From the NCBI GenBank assembly GCA_900546795.1, contig UREG01000001.1, positions 29,845 through 93,844 of the forward strand: DNA of 64,000 nucleotides, read 5' to 3'. The stretch's first letter is position 1. Each line of letters starts with the position of its first letter. The DNA is from an uncultured Veillonellaceae bacterium. GTDB taxonomy: Bacteria > Bacillota > Negativicutes > Veillonellales > Megasphaeraceae. The position numbers and the translations under genes are program-made. The notes beneath the pieces are model-generated. The model saw only the letters and a program-made list of their open reading frames with translations. It was not told the origin of the DNA and did no database searches. Below, one piece after another: positions 39,111 to 48,600 of the stretch.

Positions 39111-40454
39111 TCAAATCGGCAGCACGCCAATGCCGATCAGCAGACCGATAAACACGGTCGGAATAACATAATGGAAAATCAGCGGCCGGAACGTAACAGC
39201 CGGATTTACCTGAGCCAAGCCGGAAGCAATGAAGATCGGCGCCGAACTTGGCGGAGACGCTCCTTCTGTAGAGCAGAATACGCAAATCAATACTACGGCG
39301 GTCACCGGATCCACACCGGCCATCGTCAGTGCCGAATACGCTACCGCACCGATCGCTACCGTCGTTGCCGTAGAACTGAGCGGGCCGGCAATCAGCGTAA
39401 CGATGATGCCGACTAAAAGAATCATCAGCCAAGAAGGCACGTCCAAGCTTGCCAATACGTCGGTCATTTCTTTGCCAAGCCCCAATTTCGTCATTACCCG
39501 TCCCGCAGCAAAGGCAAAGAACAGTACTGCGCCGGTAAGAGCAAAGGATTTCATCGTCCCCCGATTAAAATCCATCCATTCAGAAACGGATTTCGGCAGG
39601 CTTTTCCAGCCTTCAAAAATAGAAATCCAAGTGATCAGGATAGGAATCCACACGATCAGCGAAATGCTTTTCAGCGCTTTAGAGCCAAAAGCAGACGCTT
39701 TCAAAAACTCGGATACCGGCCCCATCGTCAGTACCAGCGGAATAATAATTCCCAAAAACATCAGCAGGGACGTCCAGCCGGCTGCCAGCGTTTGGCTCAG
39801 CGGCTTTCTCATCTCTTCCGGAATCGGCGCCACACCGTCTCGCTTTACATAGTACCGTACCAGGATCATGCGATACAGCAGATTCCATATCCCTGCTGCG
39901 AACAACGCCAAATAAAAATCTCCCGGATTGACTTGTTCGCTGACAATCGGTATTGCCAGCAGCAAAAACATGGTAGAGCACGGCGGAAACGCAATGCCCA
40001 AGCCAGCATTTCCCGCAACGATCGTCGCGGCCATCCGGTCTTTCCAGCCGGAGTTGATCATCCAGGGAATCGTTATCGTCCCTACCGATGCAGCATTCCC
40101 GGAGCCCGATCCGGAAATCATACCGAACAAGGCGCTGGCAATCGTGGCGATATAGGCCGCTCCGCCGGCAATTTTACCAAAAATAGAGTTCAAAATGTCT
40201 ACGAGCCGGTACACAAGGCCTGTCTTTTTCATGATCGCCGCCATGTATGCAAACGCCATTGCCGCAAACAGTGTTTCCTGGGTTGCCGCAAACAGCAGGC
40301 TGTCTGTAAACAAGGACACCATCTTGCCGCCGCCCAGCGCCACTACGATAAGCCATGATACAACCATTGCTTCGCCGATGTTTCGCTTCATAAACACATT
40401 CCAGATAATGATAGCGGCAATATACACGATCAGCGATAAAATACCTACACCCAT
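39111..40454 (-). CDS. TRAP-transporter large-permease (DctM)-like IT-superfamily permease. No DctP or DctQ partners are nearby.
   Basis: 447 aa. Internal region FGMISGSGSGNAASVGTITIPWMINSGW...AGNAGLGIAFPPC aligns with the DctM consensus as recalled (FAAISGSSPATVVAIGSVILPAM...). Confidence 0.72.
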   Translation of the reverse strand: MGVGILSLIVYIAAIIIWNVFMKRNIGEAMVVSWLIVVALGGGKMVSLFTDSLLFAATQETLFAAMAFAYMAAIMKKTGLVYRLVDILNSIFGKIAGGAAYIATIASALFGMISGSGSGNAASVGTITIPWMINSGWKDRMAATIVAGNAGLGIAFPPCSTMFLLLAIPIVSEQVNPGDFYLALFAAGIWNLLYRMILVRYYVKRDGVAPIPEEMRKPLSQTLAAGWTSLLMFLGIIIPLVLTMGPVSEFLKASAFGSKALKSISLIVWIPILITWISIFEGWKSLPKSVSEWMDFNRGTMKSFALTGAVLFFAFAAGRVMTKLGLGKEMTDVLASLDVPSWLMILLVGIIVTLIAGPLSSTATTVAIGAVAYSALTMAGVDPVTAVVLICVFCSTEGASPPSSAPIFIASGLAQVNPAVTFRPLIFHYVIPTVFIGLLIGIGVLPI

Positions 40455-40570
40455 ACGTTCACCCCTTTTCTAAACTCACTTTCTTACACGTCCCTATCCT
40501 CCTTTCGGTATAGTGAATCTGTTTTCAGAATTTAAAACTTTACGTTTTTATTATAAAAGCTATTTTTTCA

Positions 40571-40613
40571 ATAAAAAAATAGAGAATACAAATTTTCACC
40601 ATTTGCATTCTCT
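40571..40613 (-). terminator. Terminator downstream of the LysR regulator gene.
   Basis: AGAGAAT...ATTCTCT stem with a T-run on the minus strand. Confidence 0.5.
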
Positions 40614-40631
40614 ATTGTGTGCATCTTTATG

Positions 40632-41504
40632 CTATTTTACTAAACTCCGCTCTTTTATGAAGTTAAAAAACGCCTCGGCCAGCCGGTTTTGCAGGATCTC
40701 TTTCTTATAGATGAGGTAGGTATGGCGGTACAGGATCTTGCCCTGCTTGTCTTTTAAAATCATCGTATGCATATTTTCTCCGCCCCGCCCCATAACCATG
40801 GACGGCAGTACGCCGTATCCTACGCCTCGGTATATCATTTCCCGGCAGGTTTCCAAATTGCTTGTCTGCACATCGATGGTCGGCGGCTTTTTGAAATGCT
40901 CCGCCCACCAGGAATCGAGCACCTGCCGATAATAACTGTCGGTCAGATAATCTACCCGCGGCAGAAGCGGCAGTTCTTCCATCGTAAACGGTTTTGCCGA
41001 TACGAGCACCATATGGTCCTCGGTAATCATAAGCTGTTCAGACGGATCCCATTCCCCTTCGCTGCGGATAAAACCAAAATGCACTTTTCCGCTCCGCACG
41101 CTGCTTGCCGTTTCACTGCTGGAATGGGTCATCAGAAAAATCCGAACTTCCGGATATTCTTCCGTAAACGCTTTTACTATCGGCGGGAGATAATATTTGA
41201 TCACCGTGTGGGGCGCCGCAATGCGCAGTACGCCTTTGACGGTCTGGCTCATTTCCGCCAGCTGCTCCCGGAACAGTTTAAACCGCTGGATCACATCCTT
41301 TGCAAATCGAACGGTAAATTCCCCTTCTTCAGTAAACACGATCCCCTTATTGCTTCGCAAAAATAAAGAAACGCCCAGCGTGGATTCAATGTACTTAATG
41401 CGGGCTGTCAGAGCCGGCTGGGAAATATACAGCTCCTTTGCCGCGCGGGTAATGTTCTTGCATTCATATAGTTTCTGCAGTATATGCCAGTCCCGTTCTT
41501 CCAT
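40632..41504 (-). CDS. LysR-family transcriptional regulator.
   Basis: 290 aa with N-terminal HTH (ITRAAKELYISQPALTARIKYIESTLGVSLF) and a C-terminal substrate-binding domain. Terminator hairpin at 40571-40613. Confidence 0.9.
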   Translation of the reverse strand: MEERDWHILQKLYECKNITRAAKELYISQPALTARIKYIESTLGVSLFLRSNKGIVFTEEGEFTVRFAKDVIQRFKLFREQLAEMSQTVKGVLRIAAPHTVIKYYLPPIVKAFTEEYPEVRIFLMTHSSSETASSVRSGKVHFGFIRSEGEWDPSEQLMITEDHMVLVSAKPFTMEELPLLPRVDYLTDSYYRQVLDSWWAEHFKKPPTIDVQTSNLETCREMIYRGVGYGVLPSMVMGRGGENMHTMILKDKQGKILYRHTYLIYKKEILQNRLAEAFFNFIKERSLVK

Positions 41505-41789
41505 CGTCAGCCTCCTTTGCGATCCTTATCTCTTATTTGATTCTAAGTATACACGAATTTTTCCAAAATAAAAATGAGATTTTTTTATCACGCAAAGGAT
41601 TTCTACCTATCTACAACCATCGATTCTGCGGCTTGCTGTCCGAATACACCAAAAGGCATGGACTTCCTGCCCACGTTTTCTGTACATCCTTACCGCACTT
41701 CCGGCAGCAGGAAAAAAGGTTCTTCATTTTTCCCTATACCAGCCGCGATATCGTTCGCCTCCCGGATTTTTCCTAATCATTTGTCCAAT

Positions 41790-41822
41790 AAAAAAAGACC
41801 TGCCGAAGCAAGTCTTTTGGGT
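41790..41822 (-). terminator. Terminator downstream of the skp-like gene.
   Basis: AAAGACCTGC-CGAA-GCAAGTCTTT hairpin with a 7-T run on the minus strand. Confidence 0.6.
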
Positions 41823-41824
41823 AA

Positions 41825-42250
41825 TTACGAAATCTTTTTGCCTACGTCCTGAGTAATATCCACTGCATTTTCAGCGCCGGCTACAATGCCGCTCTGTTCT
41901 ACTACAACGTCCAGGCCTTTTTCTTTCCGTACTTCATCGATTTTTTTCCGGATATCTTCCCGAATCGGAGTGAAGAGATCCGCTTCTTTTTGCTGCAGTC
42001 TCTGATCCATTTCCTGGGCCAGTTTCTGTTTGTCCGCATCGCTCAAGTTTGCGGATTTATCCTGGAATTCTTTCTGTGCTTTTTCAATTTCTGCACGCAT
42101 GGAAGCTACGGCTTTCGGCGTATTCTTATGCGCAGACACCAGAGTTTCTGCATTGACGAAGCCTACGCCTGCAGCCAATGCGCTGCCCACTGCCATACAA
42201 GACATAACACCTGCTACCGCAAGAGCGGCAAATTTCTTTTTGAAGTTCAT
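41825..42250 (-). CDS. OmpH/Skp-family periplasmic chaperone.
   Basis: 141 aa with a signal peptide (ALAVAGVMSCMAVGSALA). Coiled-coil K/E/Q-rich body typical of Skp/OmpH. Confidence 0.72.
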   Translation of the reverse strand: MNFKKKFAALAVAGVMSCMAVGSALAAGVGFVNAETLVSAHKNTPKAVASMRAEIEKAQKEFQDKSANLSDADKQKLAQEMDQRLQQKEADLFTPIREDIRKKIDEVRKEKGLDVVVEQSGIVAGAENAVDITQDVGKKIS

Positions 42251-42359
42251 ATTGCTTACCTCCTGATTCTATATTTCTATCCAATTGCGAAATTTCATAC
42301 TAATACAATAAGATATTGTGCACCTAGTATATCTTACCAAGGGATTTTTTTCAAGAAAA

Positions 42360-42767
42360 TTATTTTTCTGACGCTTCGCTGCTTTCCTCTTCATCGTTTA
42401 TATAGATATACTTGTCCTTTTTCATCTTATCGATGATTTCCGGCGCCATATTCAGCAGTTTTTCAAAAGCCGAGCTCTGGCTGCCGCCTTTTTTGATAGA
42501 AAACATTTCTACCCGATCGCCTTTTATTACCAGAATCGCCGTCGGTTCCAGCTTAGCGCCGCCGCCGCCGCCGATGCTGGTCTGCGGCGCGTCCGTCTGC
42601 TTGCCGTCAAAGCCGCCGGTCCCAAATCCAAAGGTTACGTCTACAAACGGCACCAGCGTCGCATCGCCGATCTGTACAGCCTGGCCGACAACCGTTTCTA
42701 CAGCGATCATGTTTTTAAAGTTTTCAAAAATCACGTCCAGGTTCTCTTTGATATAATTCGTATCCAT
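42360..42767 (-). CDS. ytfJ: YtfJ/GerW-family sporulation-associated protein.
   Basis: 135 aa. Conserved GxGxGGG glycine-rich core (GFGTGGFDG...GGGGGAKLEP) typical of YtfJ. Confidence 0.72.
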   Translation of the reverse strand: MDTNYIKENLDVIFENFKNMIAVETVVGQAVQIGDATLVPFVDVTFGFGTGGFDGKQTDAPQTSIGGGGGAKLEPTAILVIKGDRVEMFSIKKGGSQSSAFEKLLNMAPEIIDKMKKDKYIYINDEEESSEASEK

Positions 42768-43516
42768 TAGAATCCTCCTTTTCTTTTCCTAATCAGCCAC
42801 AGCAGCGCAGCCCGCACGGACCGGCATGCCAGCAGCCGCAGCGTATAGCCTGCCAATACGAGAGGAATGATCCGTCCCTTGGCTCTGCCGTCTATATCGC
42901 ATACCGCTTCTGTAAAGGAAAATCGAATGCGCCCCATGTATTCCGGGAAACAAGCGTATCCCACAGCAGCGGCCATGCCCGTATAATAGGGCTGGGAAAA
43001 TCCCAGTACTCCCTGAAGCGAAAACTCCCGTATCCAGCTATGGCGAAATACCGCGCGTATCCAGGAAACAACCGCTTTTGCCGCTTCCATTTTTTCAAAG
43101 GAAATCTTTTTTTCCTCTTCTTCCACCAGCGGCAGATCGTTGGCAATCACATCGGTTTCCGCCGGAATCTGCGGCTGCTCGTTCCATTCTTTTTCCAGTT
43201 CTTCATAGGTAACGCCGCCGTCCGGCACGTCGCTGGGAAGTTCCCGGCTGTCCGTTTCCCGACTCACTTCCTGCGCCAGCCACCGTTCATAATTTCGCAG
43301 CTGCGTTTGGTTTTTCCATAGATAATACACCGTGCGCCGCACCGGTTCGCCCGCTTTCCATCGGATATCCGCATACAGCCCTTTTCCCCACCAGGAAAAG
43401 AGGAAATATCCTGTCTTTTCCCGTATAGAAAAAGACAGGCGATACGACGCGGGAACTGACAGCACCATGATCAGCGCCATGCACAGCACGGTAAATAAAA
43501 TCGTCAGTCCAGCCAT
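42767..43516 (-). CDS. ytfI: DUF2953-family (YtfI-like) membrane-anchored protein.
   Basis: 249 aa with an N-terminal TM helix. Stop overlaps the start of ytfJ, as in the Bacillus ytfI-ytfJ pair. Confidence 0.55.
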   Translation of the reverse strand: MAGLTILFTVLCMALIMVLSVPASYRLSFSIREKTGYFLFSWWGKGLYADIRWKAGEPVRRTVYYLWKNQTQLRNYERWLAQEVSRETDSRELPSDVPDGGVTYEELEKEWNEQPQIPAETDVIANDLPLVEEEEKKISFEKMEAAKAVVSWIRAVFRHSWIREFSLQGVLGFSQPYYTGMAAAVGYACFPEYMGRIRFSFTEAVCDIDGRAKGRIIPLVLAGYTLRLLACRSVRAALLWLIRKRKGGF

Positions 43517-43612
43517 AGCATCCCCTGCCTTCCGATGATAGTCTATCTTAATGTAATTCTGCCTATCTCCTGAAAAATCCTTCTTTTTCTGTAAAACCGC
43601 CGCCAGGCTTCG

Positions 43613-44191
43613 TCAGCATTCTATCCCTTTGCGGGCTTCCACGCCTTTATGATAGTAATGCCGCACCTCTTTCATTTCCGTGATCAGATCCGCCGCGTCC
43701 AGTATTTCCTGCGGCGCGTTCCGTCCCGTAAATACCAGCTCCGCCTGCCCCGTATATTCGGCCAGCAGACTCTTCGTATCTTCTTTAGAAATCAGCCCAA
43801 AAAAGGCGGCTACATTATATTCGTCCAATACGATCAGGTCATACGCGTGGGAGCGAAGCGCTTCCCTGGCTTCTTCCACACCGGCTTTCATCATCGCTGC
43901 ATAATCCTGCGGCGGATTGCCTTCTTCAAAAACCTCTATTTCATCGCCCCATGCGGCGATTTCCTCATCGGACAGCATGCCTTTTTTCACGATGAAGCAA
44001 GGTTTTCCCAGCGTTTTCAGCGTCACGCCCGGCATTTTTTCCAGCACGTCCTGTTCGCTGTAATATTTCGATTTCATAAATTGCAGGAACAGTACGTTCA
44101 TGCCGGCGCCGACAGCCCGCACAGCCAGTCCTATGGCTGCCGTCGTCTTGCCTTTTCCATCTCCCGTATATACCTGAATGCAGTGGTTCAT
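43613..44191 (-). CDS. cobO: ATP:cob(I)alamin adenosyltransferase (CobO/CobA/BtuR family).
   Basis: 192 aa with P-loop YTGDGKGKTTAA and family-wide conservation. Confidence 0.88.
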   Translation of the reverse strand: MNHCIQVYTGDGKGKTTAAIGLAVRAVGAGMNVLFLQFMKSKYYSEQDVLEKMPGVTLKTLGKPCFIVKKGMLSDEEIAAWGDEIEVFEEGNPPQDYAAMMKAGVEEAREALRSHAYDLIVLDEYNVAAFFGLISKEDTKSLLAEYTGQAELVFTGRNAPQEILDAADLITEMKEVRHYYHKGVEARKGIEC

Positions 44192-44195
44192 CGTA

Positions 44196-45317
44196 TCAGT
44201 CCTTTTTCTTGTTCAGCACACAGAAAATACCTTCCGGATTGAAGCAGCGGCTGCAGGAAATACAGGTGGCGTCGCTTCGGTCGCCCTCTTTCCAGCGGCG
44301 GATCAGATCCGGTTCTTTAATCAGCGGCCGGCTCAGCGATACGAAAGCGATTTTCGTTCCCGCCACGGATTCTTCCAACGTGTCGATACTGCGGCAGCCG
44401 CCGACAACGCCGACCGGAATGGACAGCTCTTCGGCGATTTCTTTTGCGTACGCAAAGAAATACTGCGGCTCTTTCGTCCGGCGGATCGGGCGGATAACTC
44501 CCTGCCGCGGAATAGAAGAAATATTGCCGCCGCTCATTTCAATGACGTCAACGCCCGCTTCTTCCAGCCATTTAGCAACGATCTTGCATTCTTCAAACGT
44601 AAAACATTCTTCTTCCATAAAATCAGCGCTGTTGAGCTTGACCCATACCGGGTAGTCCGGCCCTACGGCTTCGCGGATCGCCCGCATGGATTCCAAAAGG
44701 AACCGCGCGCGGTTTTCCAAAGAACCGCCGTATTCGTCCGTCCGTCTGTTATAGTACGGCGTCAGGAATTTGCTCGCTAAATAGCCGTGCGCGCCGTGAA
44801 CCTGAACGCCGTCGAATCCGGCTTCTTTTACGCGCCGCGCCGCGTCGGCATAGTCCTGCACCGACTGTTTGATTTCTTCTATTGTCATAGCGGCGGAAAC
44901 TTCTTTGGTTTTCAGCTCCTCAATCCCGCTGGGGCTGATGATCTTTCTGCGTTCCGACACGCCTTCCGGTTTGCTCACCTGCGAGCCCATGATAACGAGC
45001 TGCCCAATGATGCAGCCGTTTTTCTTATGTACATATTCAGCAATTCGGGTAAGGGACGGTATGAAACGGTCGCGGTCTGCCCGTATCTGTTTATGCTGAT
45101 ACGGTTCTATCGTACTGGCAGACATCATGCCGGTAATGATAACGCCAACGCCGCCGTCCGCCAAATCTCCCAAGCAGTCTAAAAACTGCTGCGTAGGCTG
45201 CCCCTGGTCATCGGCCATACCTTCAAAGGTAGCAGACCGAACGAATTTATTCGCCACTTCCAATCTGCCTATATATCCTTTATCCAATAACATGCAATCT
45301 ACTCCTTCTCTGCCCAT
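44196..45317 (-). CDS. Old Yellow Enzyme-family NADH:flavin oxidoreductase (2,4-dienoyl-CoA reductase / NADH oxidase-like) with a C-terminal Cys cluster.
   Basis: 373 aa. OYE TIM-barrel motifs (VQVHGAHGYL...). C-terminal CISCSRCF...C suggests an Fe-S site. Confidence 0.8.
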   Translation of the reverse strand: MGREGVDCMLLDKGYIGRLEVANKFVRSATFEGMADDQGQPTQQFLDCLGDLADGGVGVIITGMMSASTIEPYQHKQIRADRDRFIPSLTRIAEYVHKKNGCIIGQLVIMGSQVSKPEGVSERRKIISPSGIEELKTKEVSAAMTIEEIKQSVQDYADAARRVKEAGFDGVQVHGAHGYLASKFLTPYYNRRTDEYGGSLENRARFLLESMRAIREAVGPDYPVWVKLNSADFMEEECFTFEECKIVAKWLEEAGVDVIEMSGGNISSIPRQGVIRPIRRTKEPQYFFAYAKEIAEELSIPVGVVGGCRSIDTLEESVAGTKIAFVSLSRPLIKEPDLIRRWKEGDRSDATCISCSRCFNPEGIFCVLNKKKD

Positions 45318-45689
45318 ATGGCCTTTCTGCCATAATCTGTATTATTTCATCTAAACATTATAACGCAAATTATCCATTTATAACAGACAAATCCTCATAT
45401 CGTTTTTTTGATGCAGCCCATAGTTTATATGAGATCCTAAAATTTAATCCTTTCTTAATTTATAAATCTCCATTTTTTCGCCGTATCGTTCTTCTTTCGC
45501 CCGTTGGAAAATAAAGAAGCATTATAATTTCTTAGAAAATTTTTATCTTATGAATAATTTATAGACTACTTTCATTGTATACAGTATTTTTTTGAAATCT
45601 GCTTGCAGTAGATAAAATCTTTTTCTATAATTGCACTAACTATTATCATATTTTTTATAATATGAATCAAGATAGGGGGAGGGGTTTGT

Positions 45690-48600
45690 ATGAAACAGTA
45701 TCGGGATCTGCCTGCCCGTCAGGGGCTGTATGACCCGTCGTATGAAAAAGATGCCTGCGGCATGGGGTTTGTTGTCAATTATAAAGGGGTAAAATCTCAT
45801 GATATTATCGACCAGGCGCTGACGATATTGGAAAAGCTGAAACATAGAGGAGCCGAGGGAGCCGACGCTAAAACCGGCGACGGCGCCGGCATTTTGGTGC
45901 AGCTGCCGCATGAATTTTTTTGCCGCGAATGTAGCGTGCTTGGCTTTTCGCTTCCGGAACCGGGAGAATATGGCGTCGGCATGATTTTTGCCCATCGGTA
46001 CGACCATTTCCGACAGAGGCAAATGGCGGAATTTGAAAAAGTCGTCCGCATGGAAGGACAAACCGTATTGGGCTGGCGGGAAGTGCCGATTGATGAAAGC
46101 CAGATCGGGGAAGCAGCCAAATCGATCCGTCCGCGGTTTTTACAGGTCTTTATCCAGAAAAGTCCGGATATTCTGACTCAAATGGATTTTGAGCGCAAGC
46201 TCTACGTCATTCGGAAACAGGCGGAAAAAATCATTACGCCCATGAGCCAGGAAATGGGTTCTGATTTTTATGTCGCCAGCCTGTCGTCCCGTACTATTGT
46301 ATATAAGGGGATGCTGACCGCCGAACAGCTCCGCGATTTTTATCTGGATCTGTCGGATCTGGATTTCGTTTCCGCCCTGGCCATGCTCCATTCCCGGTTC
46401 AGTACGAATACGTTTCCCAGCTGGGCCCGCGCCCATCCGAACCGATATATCGTACACAATGGGGAAATCAATACGATCAACGGCAATATCAACTGGATCA
46501 ATGCCCGGGAAGGCAAAGCGGATTCGCCGTATTTTCCGGATATGACCAAAGTCTTTCCCGTCGTGGACAGCACGGGCAGCGATTCGGCCATGTTTGACAA
46601 CAGCCTTGAATTTCTCTACATGACCGGCCGTTCCCTGCCCCATGCCATGATGATGATGATTCCGGAACCGTGGGAACACAACCCGCAGATGAGCCAGGAA
46701 AAACGGGATTTTTATAAATACCACAGCTTCATCACCGAACCTTGGGACGGCCCGGCGGCCATGGCGTTTACAGACGGCACGGTCATCGGCGGCATGCTGG
46801 ACCGCAACGGTCTGCGTCCGTCCCGTTACTATGTCACCAAAGACGACAAAGTCATCATGGCGTCGGAAGTAGGCGTTGTAGATGAAGCGCCGGAAAATAT
46901 TGTATATAAGGGCCGGCTGGAACCGGGAAAAATGCTGCTGATTGACACCGCCCAGCAGCGCATCATTTCCGATGATGAGATCAAACATACCATCGCGTCC
47001 GAACATCCCTATTCCCAATGGATTAAAAAGCATATCCTCCATCTGGAAGATTTGCCGAAACCGCTGCTTGATACGAAGCATATCATGAGCGATCTGATCC
47101 AGCAGCAAAAAGCATTTGGCTACACGAAAGAAGATATTCAGCAGATGATCGTTCCCATGGTCAAAACCGGCAAAGAACCGGTCGGCGCCATGGGAGCCGA
47201 TGTGCCGCTGGCTGTCCTTTCCGATAAACCGCAGCTGCTGTACACCTATTTTAAAGAAACGTTTGCGCAGGTAACCAATCCGGCTATCGATGGAATCCGC
47301 GAAGAAATCGTCACGTCCGCCAGCGTCATGGTCGGCAACGCCGGCAACATGATGGACCCGGACGAACCGGACACGGCAGCGTTATTCATGCCGTACCCGA
47401 TTCTTACGAATGAAGAGCTGGACGTGATCAAAACCCTGAAAACGCCGCAGCTCAAAACGGCGACGCTCTCCATGCTCTATCCGGTCAACAGCGGCACCGA
47501 AGGACTTGAATCTGCGATCGAATCCATGTGCATCGAAGCAGAAAAAGCCATTGCGTCCGGCGCCAATATCCTTCTGCTTTCCGACCGGGGCGTAAATGCG
47601 AAAATGTGCGCCATCCCGGCGCTTTTGGCCACCGCCGCCCTGCACAGCCATCTGATCCGCAAAAATGTCCGTCCGGACGTCGGCCTGATTCTCGAATCGG
47701 CAGAGCCTCGGGAAGTGCATCATTTCTGCACCCTCATCGGCTACGGCATTACTGCGGTCAATCCGTATCTGGCGCTGGAAACGATCAAAGACCTGCATGC
47801 AAAAAAACTATTTGGCGCAATGACGTGCGAAGATGCACAGAAAAACTATATCCTCGCTTCCGTAAAAGGAATCTTGAAAGTCATGTCCAAAATGGGTATT
47901 TCCACGATCCGCAGTTACCACGGCGCGCAGATTTTTGAAGCCCTCGGCATTAAGCAGGATCTGATCAACCAGTATTTCCCCAATACGCCGAGCCGCATCG
48001 AAGGCATCGGCATACCGGAAATCGCCAAAGAAACGGCGCTGCGCCACGTATTTGCCTTTGACACGGATTCGGATCTGGAAGCGGGAGATTTCTACCGGTA
48101 CAGCAAGACCGGAGAGCCGCACCTGTTTACGCCGGAAACGATCGATCTTCTCCAGCGGGCCTGCCGGGAAGGGAATTATTCCATCTATAAAGAATACGCC
48201 AGAAAAATGAACAACGCCGGCCTGATCCGGCTCCGCGACCTGCTCACCTTTGTGTATCCGGCCGGCGGCAGCATTCCTATTGAAGAAGTAGAATCCGTCG
48301 ACGATATCGTAAAACGGTTCCGCACCGGCGCAATGAGCTACGGCGCGCTCAGCAAAGAAGCCCATGAATGTATTGCCATTGCCATGAACCGCATCGGCGG
48401 CAAAAGCAACTGCGGCGAAGGCGGGGAAAGCGCAGAACGGTTTGCTCTTTTGCCCAACGGCGACGATCCCAACGACCGGATCAAACAGGTATCGACCGCC
48501 CGTTTCGGCGTAACCAGCGAATATCTGCTCCACGCAGACGAATTGCAGATCAAATGCGCCCAAGGCGCAAAACCTGGCGAAGGCGGCCAGCTGCCGGGTA

